From Escherichia phage vB_EcoM_HZ_ZJUN4, in the sequence record PP216085: a DNA stretch of 64,000 nucleotides; one strand, given 5' to 3'. The first letter of the stretch is position 1, and each line of letters opens with the position of its first letter. Made by a program: the position numbers and the translations under genes. Of the stretch, positions 29,460 through 41,025 are shown piece by piece. The notes below the pieces were generated by a model. It made no database searches and was not told where the DNA came from. It saw only the letters and a list, made by a program, of their open reading frames with translations.

Positions 29460-30325
29460 TATTGAGCCACCCCGATTTTCTGCGTAGCGATAACTTTAAC
29501 TGCTGCTCTCATACCGACAGTTGAAGAACTTATAGTCGCCGTTACATAATTTTCTTTAATACTAAATGCAATATTAGCGATTTCGTCTTCTTCGGTTTCA
29601 TTCCCAACCCGCATGACAGCATATTCAGAAGAAATGACCGTTGAATTAACAGTATCTACAAGAATATTTATTTCTGCCGTTTTAATTTTTCTTCCATCTA
29701 CCGATTGACAAGTAACTAGCAATTTAGCCATATTGTATTCAGTACGATGAAATAATGGAATGTCAACTGATCCAGATGTAGAAATATTCCATGTACCTTC
29801 AGCCGGTGATTCCTTTTGGCCAAACATACTTTCAATAGAATAATTCCAAACTGACGTAGAATTATCAGATGAAATACAACGTAAAGTAACTTTACTATAT
29901 GGACTAGTTACTACCAAATTACCTGAAACACCTTTAATTGAATCAATCGCTTGAATCGTTAAAGGATTGGTAACTGATATAGATCCATTTGAGTTAATAA
30001 ATTCAACGCAATCACCAAGTTCGCCTCTTTCAATGATAACTTTAACACCTACAGCAGAGGTATCAATATCATGTCTAGTACCAACTTTCACCGGAGTTGC
30101 GTACTCTGTGATAGAATGCTTTTGATAATATCCAGTAGCATGGATAATTTGGCCGTCAGCACCAGTACCATTTGCTACTGCCATTTTACGCTGATCGCCA
30201 AACGCGTTATAAATTGCATTAAAATCACTATTAATTTTATTACCACCGTCGAATAAGATATCACCAGTAGAAGCGTTACCAATTTCGCCGGTATCAATCA
30301 ATTTCTTTGGTTCTTGAATGAACAT
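29459..30325 (-). CDS. 9: baseplate wedge / long tail fibre socket gp9
   Basis: 288 aa as in T4; synteny. Confidence 0.9.
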   Translation of the reverse strand: MFIQEPKKLIDTGEIGNASTGDILFDGGNKINSDFNAIYNAFGDQRKMAVANGTGADGQIIHATGYYQKHSITEYATPVKVGTRHDIDTSAVGVKVIIERGELGDCVEFINSNGSISVTNPLTIQAIDSIKGVSGNLVVTSPYSKVTLRCISSDNSTSVWNYSIESMFGQKESPAEGTWNISTSGSVDIPLFHRTEYNMAKLLVTCQSVDGRKIKTAEINILVDTVNSTVISSEYAVMRVGNETEEDEIANIAFSIKENYVTATISSSTVGMRAAVKVIATQKIGVAQ

Positions 30326-30363
30326 AGCGGTTTCCTTATGAGTTTATAGTATTTATAAAGAAA

Positions 30364-30386
30364 AAGGGAGCCCATGGGCTCCCTTA
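30364..30386 (-). terminator. intrinsic terminator after gene 8
   Basis: GGGAGCC-CATG-GGCTCCC followed by TTTTTCTTT on minus strand. Confidence 0.65.
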
Positions 30387-30388
30387 AT

Positions 30389-31393
30389 TTAAAATGTAAA
30401 CAGAATATTGATTTCTTCTGTTTGATCCATTGCCATAATAATAGGTGGCCTATTTTCCATATAAATCATTTCGCCCGAATGCCTCATTAAATCTTCCGGA
30501 TCATAGTAATCCTTTTCAGCTTTAACGTTTGGGTCATTTGGATGAACTTTAGCTTCAAGAGGATTCGTGATTATCGATATTTGTCTAAATCCTTTATTTC
30601 CTGGCAATGCAGCTTCAGGAAAATAAACTGAATCTAAGTATGCTTTAAAACGAATAGTATTTGCCTTAACCCGGTAAATTAATCCAAAATCATCTTGCTG
30701 CCAAGTGAGGTTATCTTCATACCCCCATCTAGTCGGGTCTTCTTTTAATTCCTCGGGCCAAGGAACCACGATATATTCATTCGTGCATCTGTTTATAGAT
30801 ACATCAGGCGGAATCTCAAAAAGATATTCCCATACATACCCGTCTCCAGGTTCGATTGTTCCTTCCGCGTCTCCTCGACCTTCAGGAGGAGTCATTGACC
30901 TAACAGAAGGAGTCCATTTTCCACCTAACTTAAGGCATTCATCCTTATTAGTTAAAGACTCAATTGAGCACACTCCTGTATCAGGAACATCTAAACAACG
31001 ATATACTAACCAACCTGCACCTGATTCAGTAGCATTGTAAGGAGCTGAGTTACACACTACAATATCGTTAATTCTAAATGTGTATGGATCCGGATATCTA
31101 GTATCTCCCCAATCTCTACGAGGAATAACTGCATCAAGCATAGATGGAAGAACCTTTACGGTTCCCATCATATGAGTCCACATGTCAGTTACACCTAACA
31201 CAGAATCGGTGGGATAAGGTGGGGCAAATCCCACCTCATTTTCGTTTGATGACCACGGTTCTGATCTTCCAAATGTAATAAAGATAGTGTTTTTATCCGG
31301 ACCACTTCCAATTGAATTATAAAAATTCAACATTTTTTCTGTTCTAAATTTTGAAGTAACTATCGCACGATAGATAACACTTGAATCATTCAT
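30389..31393 (-). CDS. 8: baseplate wedge protein gp8
   Basis: 334 aa as in T4; synteny. Confidence 0.9.
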   Translation of the reverse strand: MNDSSVIYRAIVTSKFRTEKMLNFYNSIGSGPDKNTIFITFGRSEPWSSNENEVGFAPPYPTDSVLGVTDMWTHMMGTVKVLPSMLDAVIPRRDWGDTRYPDPYTFRINDIVVCNSAPYNATESGAGWLVYRCLDVPDTGVCSIESLTNKDECLKLGGKWTPSVRSMTPPEGRGDAEGTIEPGDGYVWEYLFEIPPDVSINRCTNEYIVVPWPEELKEDPTRWGYEDNLTWQQDDFGLIYRVKANTIRFKAYLDSVYFPEAALPGNKGFRQISIITNPLEAKVHPNDPNVKAEKDYYDPEDLMRHSGEMIYMENRPPIIMAMDQTEEINILFTF

Positions 31394-34300
31394 CTATTTT
31401 AACCTGTGTTGGATTTTCAGGGTCTCTTGGATTTCCTATATTATCTTTTAGACGTTTATTAACTAAATCCCTAAATTGCGCAAATGTTGTTCCAGATGCA
31501 TCAAATAGAGGACTCATTAATTTACGTCGTTCAGAAGGCAATTGACCTTGAAATATTGAATTATTATTTTCAGCATTATAGTCATCAGGAAGAGGATATT
31601 CTACACCAGCCATTGGGCCAGGTTCATAAATTGCTTCGCCTGTTACTGAATCATGCTCAATTTCACCGGTTGGAGTCAATTTAGCTACTCTATCAGCGTA
31701 TTCAGTAGGCAATCCAGAATCCCATTTATAGTTTTTGTATTTATTAATTATAGTCTCTGTGTGTTTAAGAGTTAAACCAACATTAATAAACATTGTTAAA
31801 AGGGTAATTGCTATAAATCCAAATCCTACTGGATGAACAAAACGAATAACGTCAGATTTCCAGCGGGAAGAAGGTAAATTGGATTTAATTTTCATTACAT
31901 AATATGATCTACTTCTATTAATATAGTCTATATTATTTTGAAGCAAATCCTTTCCTTTAACCCCGCGAATAATTTCGCCTTCGAAACTAGGGAGTCTTTC
32001 TGCTTTAACTTCTTGACCGGCAATTAATCTTCCCAAAAGATTATGAATAGTTACGGTCCATTGTAATTTACCATTAGAATAGCTTCTTTCTATATAAGTA
32101 ACATTACATCTTCCTGTAGCTGTATAAATCGTTTGTCCTACTAAGTCTTCGGTCAAAGAATCAGATTGAACGATTATATCATATTCAGTACCAGCCCCAG
32201 ATTCAATTTCAATTTCAACTTCTTCATTATAAAGAACTTTAAAAAGAAATTTGTATGATGCTTCAATTCCTTTAGTAGAATAAAAATCATAGCTACGTGA
32301 TTCAAAAAATCTTGCAACAGCATCACGTTTATCAGCATTTAAATAAATGTTTCTTTTATATATCTCTGACCACAAATATTCCCACGCATGCTCTTCTCGC
32401 GGATATTGGTTACGAATTAAATTTCGTAAATTATTATACTGAGTTCCATATCCATCAGAAAGATACTGAATATATGCTTCGCAGAATGCCTCAAAATTAG
32501 AATCCTGTAGCAAATAAGAATCAGGCATCATTGTGCCAATCAATGGTCTTAAATCAGGATCAGCTAATCCATGCTCTTCTTCCGGGGACCAAGGAGTTTC
32601 ACGCTCTTGGTTTTGTAAAAATGCTTTTAAAAATATTCCAGTTGGCTTCCAAATTATTTCAACCGTGTCTCTCACTCGATAGTTAAAATCATAGTAAGAA
32701 ATTATTTCACCAGAAGATTTATAAAAAAGCATCCCAGACGCATATTTTTTAAATCCCGTGAATTTAACATTTGGCATTACTATCGTGCAATCACCATCAT
32801 CCCAATATTCATGAACTAATCTATCTGGCGATGTTTCCGGAATATTTTCTATAACTTTAGTGTATTTTAAATCAGCATAAACTACTACAGCTCTATCAGA
32901 GTTGTTTATCCAACAGCGTGTGTTAGATTTTTTAGACCAGTTAAAGAATGGTTCTGCATAGTATTTCATCGGCTGAGGCGTAAAAGTTTCCCAATCAGAT
33001 TTTTCATCTGCTATAAATGCCATCATATGATAATGCTTATCAGCTAGCCATTCACGAGGAAATTCATATTTAACAGCACCGATTAACTGATATTTCGCTG
33101 CAGTTTCAGGGTCATTAACAATGTTATCACTTAAAAATTTAAAATTACTCGAAGATAGAGAAACTAATTTACCGTCAGTTGACATATTCGCATATCCAGG
33201 TTGAATACGTCTTCTTTCTTCTTCAGTGTTGCCAAAAACTCTTTTCCATGTTTTCGTAGCATGATTTAAAACATATATTCCTTTATCGGCAGAATCAATT
33301 ATTTTTGATGTTCTAGGATTAGCATTTAATGTTTCAACTTCACCAATAATAAGAGCAAAAACTTTATCACCGACAGAATCCATTTTATAACATACTGCTT
33401 TAGGATTTCCAGTTATAGTCATCGTATCAGGTTCAAATAGCCTTTCCGAATATGTTGGAGATAATGGGTCAGAATCTATAGGTGCATTACTCGTTTTTAT
33501 GTATCTAACTTTGTCTCTGGCGACAACGTAAATGTAATCATTAGTGCAAGTAATAGCTTCTGCAATGCGGTATACATTAGCTGGCAAAGTCGCGTAAGTG
33601 GCAAAAATTTCTACATCAAATCCTAGATGTAATTGGTCGCCAAGTTTAGCGAATGTTATATCCTGCGAACTAAATCTGACATCATCAGCTGACCATCTAA
33701 CATCAGTAGATTTGCGGCCATAGAAAATCTTGTCGTATCCTAGAACGTATGTTGTGTTTGCAGATTGGTAATATACAGTCTTAGATAAAGGATATCCTAC
33801 ACGGTCATTGAAGAGCTTTACAGCTTTCCAGGTTTGTCCTTTATCATTAGATACTTTAACTACAGGTTGATAACGCTCAAAAAGATATAGAATCCCTTCT
33901 GATTCCATCAAATAAACTCGGTTAATATCCTTACATACTTGCTGAATAGAACCTTGTATTTCATGATACTCATTTTCACCAATAATAAAATTACTTATTG
34001 ATGAAACATCAACATATGATGGGCTGAATTGAAACGATTCATTCATCAATGCAGCCATTATAGTGTCATTGTTAAAATTGACATAGTCAGAATTATTAAG
34101 AGTAAATTTTTCCTGAATGAATTTATTAGCTAATTGCATTTCAATCATGTTTTGAAATGTATAAGCGTTTGTAGCAAAAGTTTCAAACTCTTCAGTATAA
34201 ATCCAATCAGACTGCTCAAAATCCTGCGCAGCTGTAGCTACTCTAATAATGTACGATGTCAATGGGTCAGCATTATCAAAAAAGAAGCTGTTATTTGCAG

Positions 34301-34484
34301 TATATCCTAAGTTAACCCATCTGTATTGATTACTCGGGAGATTTTCCCCCGAGTCTGTTTTTGTCTCAGCGATTTCTACAAAATAGTAGAAATTAGCACC
34401 AACGTCATCCCAGCGTACTTGCACCTGATTTGCGGATAACTTGGAAATTCTGAGACTAGTGACTGAAGGTGCTTTTACTGTCAT
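31386..34484 (-). CDS. 7: baseplate wedge initiator gp7
   Basis: 1032 aa as in T4; synteny. Confidence 0.9.
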   Translation of the reverse strand: MTVKAPSVTSLRISKLSANQVQVRWDDVGANFYYFVEIAETKTDSGENLPSNQYRWVNLGYTANNSFFFDNADPLTSYIIRVATAAQDFEQSDWIYTEEFETFATNAYTFQNMIEMQLANKFIQEKFTLNNSDYVNFNNDTIMAALMNESFQFSPSYVDVSSISNFIIGENEYHEIQGSIQQVCKDINRVYLMESEGILYLFERYQPVVKVSNDKGQTWKAVKLFNDRVGYPLSKTVYYQSANTTYVLGYDKIFYGRKSTDVRWSADDVRFSSQDITFAKLGDQLHLGFDVEIFATYATLPANVYRIAEAITCTNDYIYVVARDKVRYIKTSNAPIDSDPLSPTYSERLFEPDTMTITGNPKAVCYKMDSVGDKVFALIIGEVETLNANPRTSKIIDSADKGIYVLNHATKTWKRVFGNTEEERRRIQPGYANMSTDGKLVSLSSSNFKFLSDNIVNDPETAAKYQLIGAVKYEFPREWLADKHYHMMAFIADEKSDWETFTPQPMKYYAEPFFNWSKKSNTRCWINNSDRAVVVYADLKYTKVIENIPETSPDRLVHEYWDDGDCTIVMPNVKFTGFKKYASGMLFYKSSGEIISYYDFNYRVRDTVEIIWKPTGIFLKAFLQNQERETPWSPEEEHGLADPDLRPLIGTMMPDSYLLQDSNFEAFCEAYIQYLSDGYGTQYNNLRNLIRNQYPREEHAWEYLWSEIYKRNIYLNADKRDAVARFFESRSYDFYSTKGIEASYKFLFKVLYNEEVEIEIESGAGTEYDIIVQSDSLTEDLVGQTIYTATGRCNVTYIERSYSNGKLQWTVTIHNLLGRLIAGQEVKAERLPSFEGEIIRGVKGKDLLQNNIDYINRSRSYYVMKIKSNLPSSRWKSDVIRFVHPVGFGFIAITLLTMFINVGLTLKHTETIINKYKNYKWDSGLPTEYADRVAKLTPTGEIEHDSVTGEAIYEPGPMAGVEYPLPDDYNAENNNSIFQGQLPSERRKLMSPLFDASGTTFAQFRDLVNKRLKDNIGNPRDPENPTQVKIDE

Positions 34485-36463
34485 TGTGATATAGGCTCCA
34501 AATCGATAGTTAAGTATTGTGGACGTAAATCATTTTCAAATACAATCAGTGAACCATCGCGTGTGAAAATAACATCGTCTATTGGATCAGAATATAGCTC
34601 AATAGTCTGAACCTCAAATTTATCGGATGTTAAATTAATTTTAGCGATATTCCAATAAATCATGTCAGCTGGATAATTTATTTCACCGATAACGTAGTAT
34701 TTGTCGCGTCCATCGGAACTTGCTAATTTATTAAAATCATTGCCTGTATATGGCTGAATGTTTTCATTTTCTGTAACATCACCCGAAGCAAATGGACCAA
34801 TAATAACTTTACCAATTCCTTTAGAATCTCGGTCTGTTGATACTATACGAACGTCATATAATACATCTTCTTCTAAGCCAGTATCAGGATTTACAACCTT
34901 TCGTCCGGAATTAAATGAAAACGTATTAGATTCCATAGAACGATCTTTTATTTGATTATTGTATTTAATACCCGCTTCAGGCGTTTTATAGAAGTTTTGT
35001 ACTTCACGTACCATTTGAATTGTCGCGGATGAGCCAATAATAGAATGATCTGCATCATCTACATATGTCAACATCTTAGATTTAGCGAAAGATGAGTTAA
35101 AAATTTCTACATCTTCGGTATAATAACGATCAATTTTATCAATTATTTGACCTTCTAGCCACTGTTCTGATTCTTGCAGCTTATTTAAAGCATATGTGAC
35201 TTTTAAATTAGTCTTAACAAAAAGATAATTAGGAGAAATAATTGATGGTGTAATAGGAGCTAAATTATAATCTTTGAGATAATTTTTAATATCTTCACGT
35301 TGTACAGTAGTTAAATATAGTCCTGATTTAGGTTTAGCAGCAATAAATGCATAACCAGGCTTAGTAGAATCAGTGAAAGTCTGAACTGCTTGAATAATAG
35401 AACCGAATCTTTCTGAGACGAATGTATCATAATCAGTCGCAGTTACGCATCGTTGCTGGGTTTCACGTTTAATAGTACCCAATTCGCGAATACGTTCAAT
35501 ATCTTCTGGGTCACCGCCGCCATCTGCCCCAACAAAATCTGGGTCATCGTTTGGGTTTTCGTTAATATTGATGACAGTTATATTTGTTAATGTATCTGCG
35601 TATGAAAATCCGACTGCACCGTTCGCATCTGCACCGTTAGTACTGATGTACTCAATAACAATCGTAGAGTTCTGAGTAGGTTTAAGACCTCCAATATAAT
35701 TAGCAGTCAATGCTCCTTCTGCCGCATTAACGGAAATCTCACCTTCACCAAAATAAAATTCAGTATTTCCATCAATAGTTTCACGCATGTAGTAAATTGT
35801 TGATGTAGAACCAGCATGAACCATTGACTTTCTTGTCCAGTTAATCCATTCTGCTCCATCAACGTATAGTTTAACTTGGTTTCTATCTATATTTTTGTCA
35901 TAAATGATAATAGGTGTTAATTTATCATAAATGATTTCAGTTCTTACTATACGTCCCTGGGCTAATTTTAAACGCGGAAAATATTGGTTATTTTTATCGC
36001 GAATAGCAATAACATCTTCAGTAGATACAAAGTTATAAGGATTAACGGAAGTATCTTTTGCATATGCTAAAAAGCGAGTACCGCGAGGAATAGTAATGTA
36101 ATTTCTATTCAATGCGTCTGTGCAAGTTAGCATAATTTCAGTTTGAGCAGCTGATTTTGAAGTAGGTAAATATCCATTATCTTGTGCCGCTTGAACTACT
36201 GAACTACGTAAGTTAGCAGTACGCATAAAGCTTTCATATACAGCAGCATTACCAAACTGCTGAATGTACAATGTATTATAAGCCAAAAGGTCACACAGAA
36301 CGTTTAATCTTGAGCCTTCAAAATCATAATCCAAAAATTCATTTTGGCCATTAAGCCATTCAATGAGGTTTTGTTTTATTTCAGCAAATGTACCCCCGAC
36401 GAATATCTCGGGAATAGCATTTGCTGTTCTTGTTAATTGATAATTTACAGGGGTCTTTGCCAT
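34481..36463 (-). CDS. 6: baseplate wedge protein gp6
   Basis: 660 aa as in T4; synteny. Confidence 0.9.
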   Translation of the reverse strand: MAKTPVNYQLTRTANAIPEIFVGGTFAEIKQNLIEWLNGQNEFLDYDFEGSRLNVLCDLLAYNTLYIQQFGNAAVYESFMRTANLRSSVVQAAQDNGYLPTSKSAAQTEIMLTCTDALNRNYITIPRGTRFLAYAKDTSVNPYNFVSTEDVIAIRDKNNQYFPRLKLAQGRIVRTEIIYDKLTPIIIYDKNIDRNQVKLYVDGAEWINWTRKSMVHAGSTSTIYYMRETIDGNTEFYFGEGEISVNAAEGALTANYIGGLKPTQNSTIVIEYISTNGADANGAVGFSYADTLTNITVININENPNDDPDFVGADGGGDPEDIERIRELGTIKRETQQRCVTATDYDTFVSERFGSIIQAVQTFTDSTKPGYAFIAAKPKSGLYLTTVQREDIKNYLKDYNLAPITPSIISPNYLFVKTNLKVTYALNKLQESEQWLEGQIIDKIDRYYTEDVEIFNSSFAKSKMLTYVDDADHSIIGSSATIQMVREVQNFYKTPEAGIKYNNQIKDRSMESNTFSFNSGRKVVNPDTGLEEDVLYDVRIVSTDRDSKGIGKVIIGPFASGDVTENENIQPYTGNDFNKLASSDGRDKYYVIGEINYPADMIYWNIAKINLTSDKFEVQTIELYSDPIDDVIFTRDGSLIVFENDLRPQYLTIDLEPISQ

Positions 36464-36471
36464 TTTAAATC

Positions 36472-36765
36472 CTATTTAATGAATACTTTAGATGATGCCT
36501 GAGCCACAGTATCACCGCATGATATTGGATCAGCCATTTGAACAGCTTTCTTTCCAGTGACATATACCTTAGAAGTTCTAGGTTGTGTCACTCCGCCATG
36601 TGTTTCATATGGCTTTTTAATTTCTGTATGCTCTGTAATTGGATCACCTGCTACGAGAACAGCAATTCCTCCAGTGAATACTTTACTTTGTGTAGCATTC
36701 ACAACTGTTGGAGGCCATGCTTCATGGCCAGCAGTAACACACTTATCATAACTTAATCCTGACAT
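36472..36765 (-). CDS. 5.4: PAAR-repeat spike tip protein gp5.4
   Basis: 97 aa; PAAR-like Gly/His/Cys-rich composition; directly after gene 5/5.1. Confidence 0.85.
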
Positions 36766-37322
36766 TATTGCCTCTCATATACGTAGCTTCTCAATTTATT
36801 AGCCCAACGGCTCCAATTTCCAACTATAGTTTTTGTGTAATTTTTAACAAGAGTTTTTCTTATTGGAGCAGGAGGATCGGTTGGTTCAGTAGTATCAGAA
36901 GATGACCTAGAATTACTGCCAGAACCTCCAGATTCACTTTGTTCTTGGTAGTCATATATTAATGTTACTTCGTAAGTGAATGTCTTCTGAAGGTTTTGAG
37001 GAGCTTTCCATAGATATAACTGAGTATTAGAATCAGTTGGAAGGTCTTCCCACGAAGCAGCAGTTTTAAATTCATCATCTAAACGATATTTCAATGCGTC
37101 ATTTCCAAATCCAAACACAGATTCATACGTTCCATATAAACGATTTTCTTCTACTGAAACTCCAGGAGTTTCATCGTAACTAGTTATATTTATAGATACT
37201 AACGTTTCACCCGTTTCTAATTGAGCGGTAAAGGTGACGTCGATAGAAGAACCTTCCATGGATTCTCCTAAATCAGCGCTCATTGGAAGTATATTAGCCA
37301 ATGTCAATCCTCGATCCATCAA
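36765..37322 (-). CDS. 5.1: hypothetical protein at the gene 5.1 position
   Basis: 185-aa ORF between gene 5 and 5.4; synteny only. Confidence 0.55.
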
Positions 37323-39021
37323 TTGTGTATTGACCAGATGAAATAGAACTCATAGATGCCATTTTTTCTGTCCAATCACCACCAACGTCCCAATCAACTG
37401 TCCCAGCAACTTTCCAAGAAAGATTTCCATTTACTGTATTAGTTTGATTTCCTTCAACTAAAGTAGTAGCATCCCCTTTAACTGTAATGTCAGCATTACC
37501 TTCAACTACAATAGTAACATTACCTTTTACTAGGATAGTTCCATTACCTTCAACTGTCTTAGTTTCATCGCCACGTACAAATATTGTATTGCTTCCATCT
37601 ATTTGATGGAGACGATTATCCATGTTGTAATAAATTTCTGATCCACCGACGTTAGTCTTTTTATCGCCAGCTACCAAAAAATTACCATCAGCATTTGTTA
37701 TATCATACAAATTATCAACAGTTTTTCTTGTTCTTCTTCCTGACGGTGATACTTCCTCATATGTTCCAGTCGGATGAACTAATCTGTATCGTTCTTGTCC
37801 CGGGGTATCGTCAAATTCCTGAATATGACCGCTTTCAGTTTCCATTGTATGAACATACGGATATTCACCTTTATATGAAGAAACAGGTTCTTTAAATAAA
37901 ATTCTCGAATCATTCGGAATAGGAGGGTCAGCTGGATCAGAAGACTTTGCTACAGCAGCAGCCATTGCTGACAAAGACCTAGCCGGTGTTTTCACTTCAA
38001 TACCGTATGATTCCAAATTACCTGTAAGAATAATCATGGTAACACGGGATGCACGGCCTTTTGTTTGTTGATACCACAATGAATCACGACCAGCTTTATA
38101 TGCTTTTTCCCAATCTCCGGCTAACATAGCTGTTAACATTGTGTTAAATTTAGCTACACCGCCAACACCCATCTGAAATGCCATATTTTCTAATGCCATT
38201 TGACGAGAACGATTAACTGCTTTCCAAACTGGGCCAACTTTAGAATGTGATTTAATGTCACGTTGCATATCAGCTAAATCACGTTCAAATAAAGTTACCG
38301 CTTCTTCCATTGTAATAGAACCTGGATTTCCGGTAATTTCACGACCAACTTGTTTTGATAAAACTTTATTAATTTGGGCCATATCACGAACTGGCTGCTT
38401 CATGATAAGATGACCAATACCAATTGTCGGATATCCTTCAGTATCCCAATAAACTTTTAGTCTTAATCCTTCATCACGGCGAAGCATTTCAGCCATTGAC
38501 ATATTTGGATTATCATCAGTTGGAATCTCTGATAGCGGTCTATCATCGGGATTTATCGCAGTGTCTAGATTACTATCTTGGATAATATTAGAAGACGAAT
38601 CATATCCTACTTCTCCGCCTTGGTTTAATACGTTAGTATCATTTCCTAGACGTCTAGGATACTGACCAGTTGGGTCAGAAAATCCTTCAAGTCTATTAGG
38701 TTTTTCGCGAACTATTCCACCATACGTTCCAAGGACAATTCCGTTAGTTTTCCATTTGTCTAAAAAATGACCATATACTCTAGTTCCTTCTACTGGCCCT
38801 GTAACAGAACCTCCAATTCCAGACATTGCTGCAGAAGTTATAGGTTGAATAACTGACATCCATGGTAATTTATCAGTTGGAATACCCATTACATCGCCTT
38901 GCGCTCTTTGAGGTGGATGCAGACCAACTACACGAACACGAACACGACCTAATTTTAATGGGTCCATTCTATCTTCAACAACACCAACAAACCAATTGAG
39001 GTTATTACTTATCATTTCCAT
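37294..39021 (-). CDS. 5: baseplate central spike with lysozyme domain, gp5
   Basis: 575 aa; internal lysozyme motif LRLKVYWDTEGYPTIGIGHLI; C-terminal beta-helix VxGxxxxx repeats. Confidence 0.95.
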   Translation of the reverse strand: MEMISNNLNWFVGVVEDRMDPLKLGRVRVRVVGLHPPQRAQGDVMGIPTDKLPWMSVIQPITSAAMSGIGGSVTGPVEGTRVYGHFLDKWKTNGIVLGTYGGIVREKPNRLEGFSDPTGQYPRRLGNDTNVLNQGGEVGYDSSSNIIQDSNLDTAINPDDRPLSEIPTDDNPNMSMAEMLRRDEGLRLKVYWDTEGYPTIGIGHLIMKQPVRDMAQINKVLSKQVGREITGNPGSITMEEAVTLFERDLADMQRDIKSHSKVGPVWKAVNRSRQMALENMAFQMGVGGVAKFNTMLTAMLAGDWEKAYKAGRDSLWYQQTKGRASRVTMIILTGNLESYGIEVKTPARSLSAMAAAVAKSSDPADPPIPNDSRILFKEPVSSYKGEYPYVHTMETESGHIQEFDDTPGQERYRLVHPTGTYEEVSPSGRRTRKTVDNLYDITNADGNFLVAGDKKTNVGGSEIYYNMDNRLHQIDGSNTIFVRGDETKTVEGNGTILVKGNVTIVVEGNADITVKGDATTLVEGNQTNTVNGNLSWKVAGTVDWDVGGDWTEKMASMSSISSGQYTIDGSRIDIG

Positions 39022-39595
39022 AAGATTTCTCCATTATACGTATAAGGTCGTTCATAAATGAATTGATGTCTGATTTTGCTATTATTTTTATTTGACGAAG
39101 TTTTTCATTTTCAAGAACAGCAGCTTCATACGTATCGACCGCAGCAAGTGCTCCTTCATATTGAGGATATTTTCTGGCTTTATCGCCTTTGTCATACCAA
39201 ACATATGGATTATCATCGTATGATATTAAATTATAAAATTTTTCACCATTCTCATTCACATGATATACTATTTGGTCTCCACCTATGTTTTTGTATTTTT
39301 GTATAGATGCTTGATAAGCAGCTTCTTGCGAAGTAATCCATCCATAATACGGATCATAATTATCATTACACATCAATAAAACCCAATACAACTGCGGATT
39401 TCCATATATAGCATTTGCTAATTCTTCCGGGCGTGGTGAACCTTTAATATAATAAGTACGTAAACGGTATCCCGCAAGAGCGCGTTTGAAATAGTCTTTA
39501 TAGTTTCTAAAAATGTCTGTCATAGGAATAGTCGGCGCGTTTTTATTCACCGTTTTGGCCGCATATTCAATCGGATCAAAAAATGTAAAGAGCAT
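39005..39595 (-). CDS. 53: baseplate wedge protein gp53
   Basis: 196 aa as in T4; synteny. Confidence 0.9.
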   Translation of the reverse strand: MLFTFFDPIEYAAKTVNKNAPTIPMTDIFRNYKDYFKRALAGYRLRTYYIKGSPRPEELANAIYGNPQLYWVLLMCNDNYDPYYGWITSQEAAYQASIQKYKNIGGDQIVYHVNENGEKFYNLISYDDNPYVWYDKGDKARKYPQYEGALAAVDTYEAAVLENEKLRQIKIIAKSDINSFMNDLIRIMEKSYGNDK

Positions 39596-39608
39596 GGGCC
39601 CTCCTGTT

Positions 39609-39632
39609 TATAAATATATTATCTATTTATAA
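39609..39632. promoter_or_regulatory. divergent late promoter boxes (gene 4 rightward, gene 53 leftward)
   Basis: TATAAATA at 39609-39616 on plus and at 39625-39632 on minus. Confidence 0.45.
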
Positions 39633-39642
39633 GGAGAATCCA

Positions 39643-40095
39643 ATGGCATATTCTGGAAAATGGGTTCCTAAAAATATATCAAAATATAGAGGTGACCCTA
39701 AAAAAATTACGTATAGATCAAATTGGGAAAAATTCTTTTTTGAATGGTTAGATAAAAATCCAGAAATTATTGCATGGGGTAGTGAAACAGCAGTAATTCC
39801 TTATTTTTGTAATGCAGAAGGGAAAAAACGTAGATACTTCATGGATATTTGGATGAAAGATTCTTCTGGGCAAGAATTTTTTATTGAAATAAAACCTAAA
39901 AAAGAAACACAACCACCAGTTAAACCAGCACATCTAACAACTGCAGCGAAGAAAAGATTTATGAATGAAATTTATACATATTCCGTTAATACTGACAAAT
40001 GGAAAGCAGCACAATCTTTAGCTGAAAAGCGTGGAATAAAATTTAGAATTCTAACAGAAGATGGATTACGAGCTCTTGGCTTTAAGGGGGCATAA
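39643..40095 (+). CDS. 4: head completion protein gp4
   Basis: 150 aa as in T4; synteny 53/4/2/3/1. Confidence 0.8.
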   Translation: MAYSGKWVPKNISKYRGDPKKITYRSNWEKFFFEWLDKNPEIIAWGSETAVIPYFCNAEGKKRRYFMDIWMKDSSGQEFFIEIKPKKETQPPVKPAHLTTAAKKRFMNEIYTYSVNTDKWKAAQSLAEKRGIKFRILTEDGLRALGFKGA

Positions 40096-40919
40096 TGGCT
40101 ATTTTTCAAATAATTAATGAAAGCACTCCCCAAGTTCCAAAGGTTAAGCAATCATTAAACGAAAAGAAATGGATTCAGATAGGTCTTGAATACAAAAAGG
40201 CCAAAGCAAAAGGAATGACAGGAAAGCAATTTGCTGAAGAAAAAGGAATTAAATATTCTACGTTTACTTCGGCAATGTCAAAATATGCTTCAGGAATTAA
40301 AACGGCTGAAAAGATTCAAAAGCTTGAATCAAAACCAATGAATAAACTCAATAAGCAAGAAAGACAACTGCTTATGATAAATTCATTCAGACAAACATTG
40401 CGTGATAAAATTCGTAATGAAGGCGCAGCAATTAATAATAAAACCAGAAAGTGGTTTGCTGAAACTATTAAGCAGGTAAAAGGACATAAAGTTGTTCGCC
40501 CGCAGCCGGGACGAATATATGCTTTTGCTTATGATGCTAAACACAAGGAAACTCTTCCTTATTGGGATAAATTTCCTTTGATAATTTACCTCGGTTTAGG
40601 TAAACATAATTTAATGTATGGATTGAACTTGCACTATATTCCACCTAAAGCTCGTCAGCAATTTCTAGAAGAGCTTTTAAAGCAATATTCAAATACACCT
40701 ACTATTACTAATAAAACGAAATTAAAAATTGATTGGAGTCAAGTGAAAGGATTTAGGGGTGCAGACCAAATGATTAAGGCATATATACCCGGTAATATTA
40801 TGGGTAGCCTTGTTGAAATCGCCCCGAAAGACTGGGCGAACGTTGTGTTAATGCCACTTCAGCAGTTCGTTTCAAAAGGAAAACGTTTCTCTGCAAACAA
40901 AGTCTGGTCAAATATCTAA
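40095..40919 (+). CDS. 2: DNA end protector protein gp2
   Basis: 274 aa as in T4; synteny. Confidence 0.85.
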   Translation: MAIFQIINESTPQVPKVKQSLNEKKWIQIGLEYKKAKAKGMTGKQFAEEKGIKYSTFTSAMSKYASGIKTAEKIQKLESKPMNKLNKQERQLLMINSFRQTLRDKIRNEGAAINNKTRKWFAETIKQVKGHKVVRPQPGRIYAFAYDAKHKETLPYWDKFPLIIYLGLGKHNLMYGLNLHYIPPKARQQFLEELLKQYSNTPTITNKTKLKIDWSQVKGFRGADQMIKAYIPGNIMGSLVEIAPKDWANVVLMPLQQFVSKGKRFSANKVWSNI

Positions 40920-41025
40920 TTCTATTATCTTCCATTCTTTTCTATTGTTTGTTCTAATTGGAATTGAATGGAAGGGACTTAGACCCATTATACCACCAAC
41001 ATTTATAAAGCATTATGAGGAATAT

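Noticed and set aside
40945-41025. 27-codon N-terminal extension of the gene 3 ORF
   Set aside because: The track ORF starts at a TTG; the first ATG at 41026 has a GAGG RBS and gives the expected 176-aa gp3
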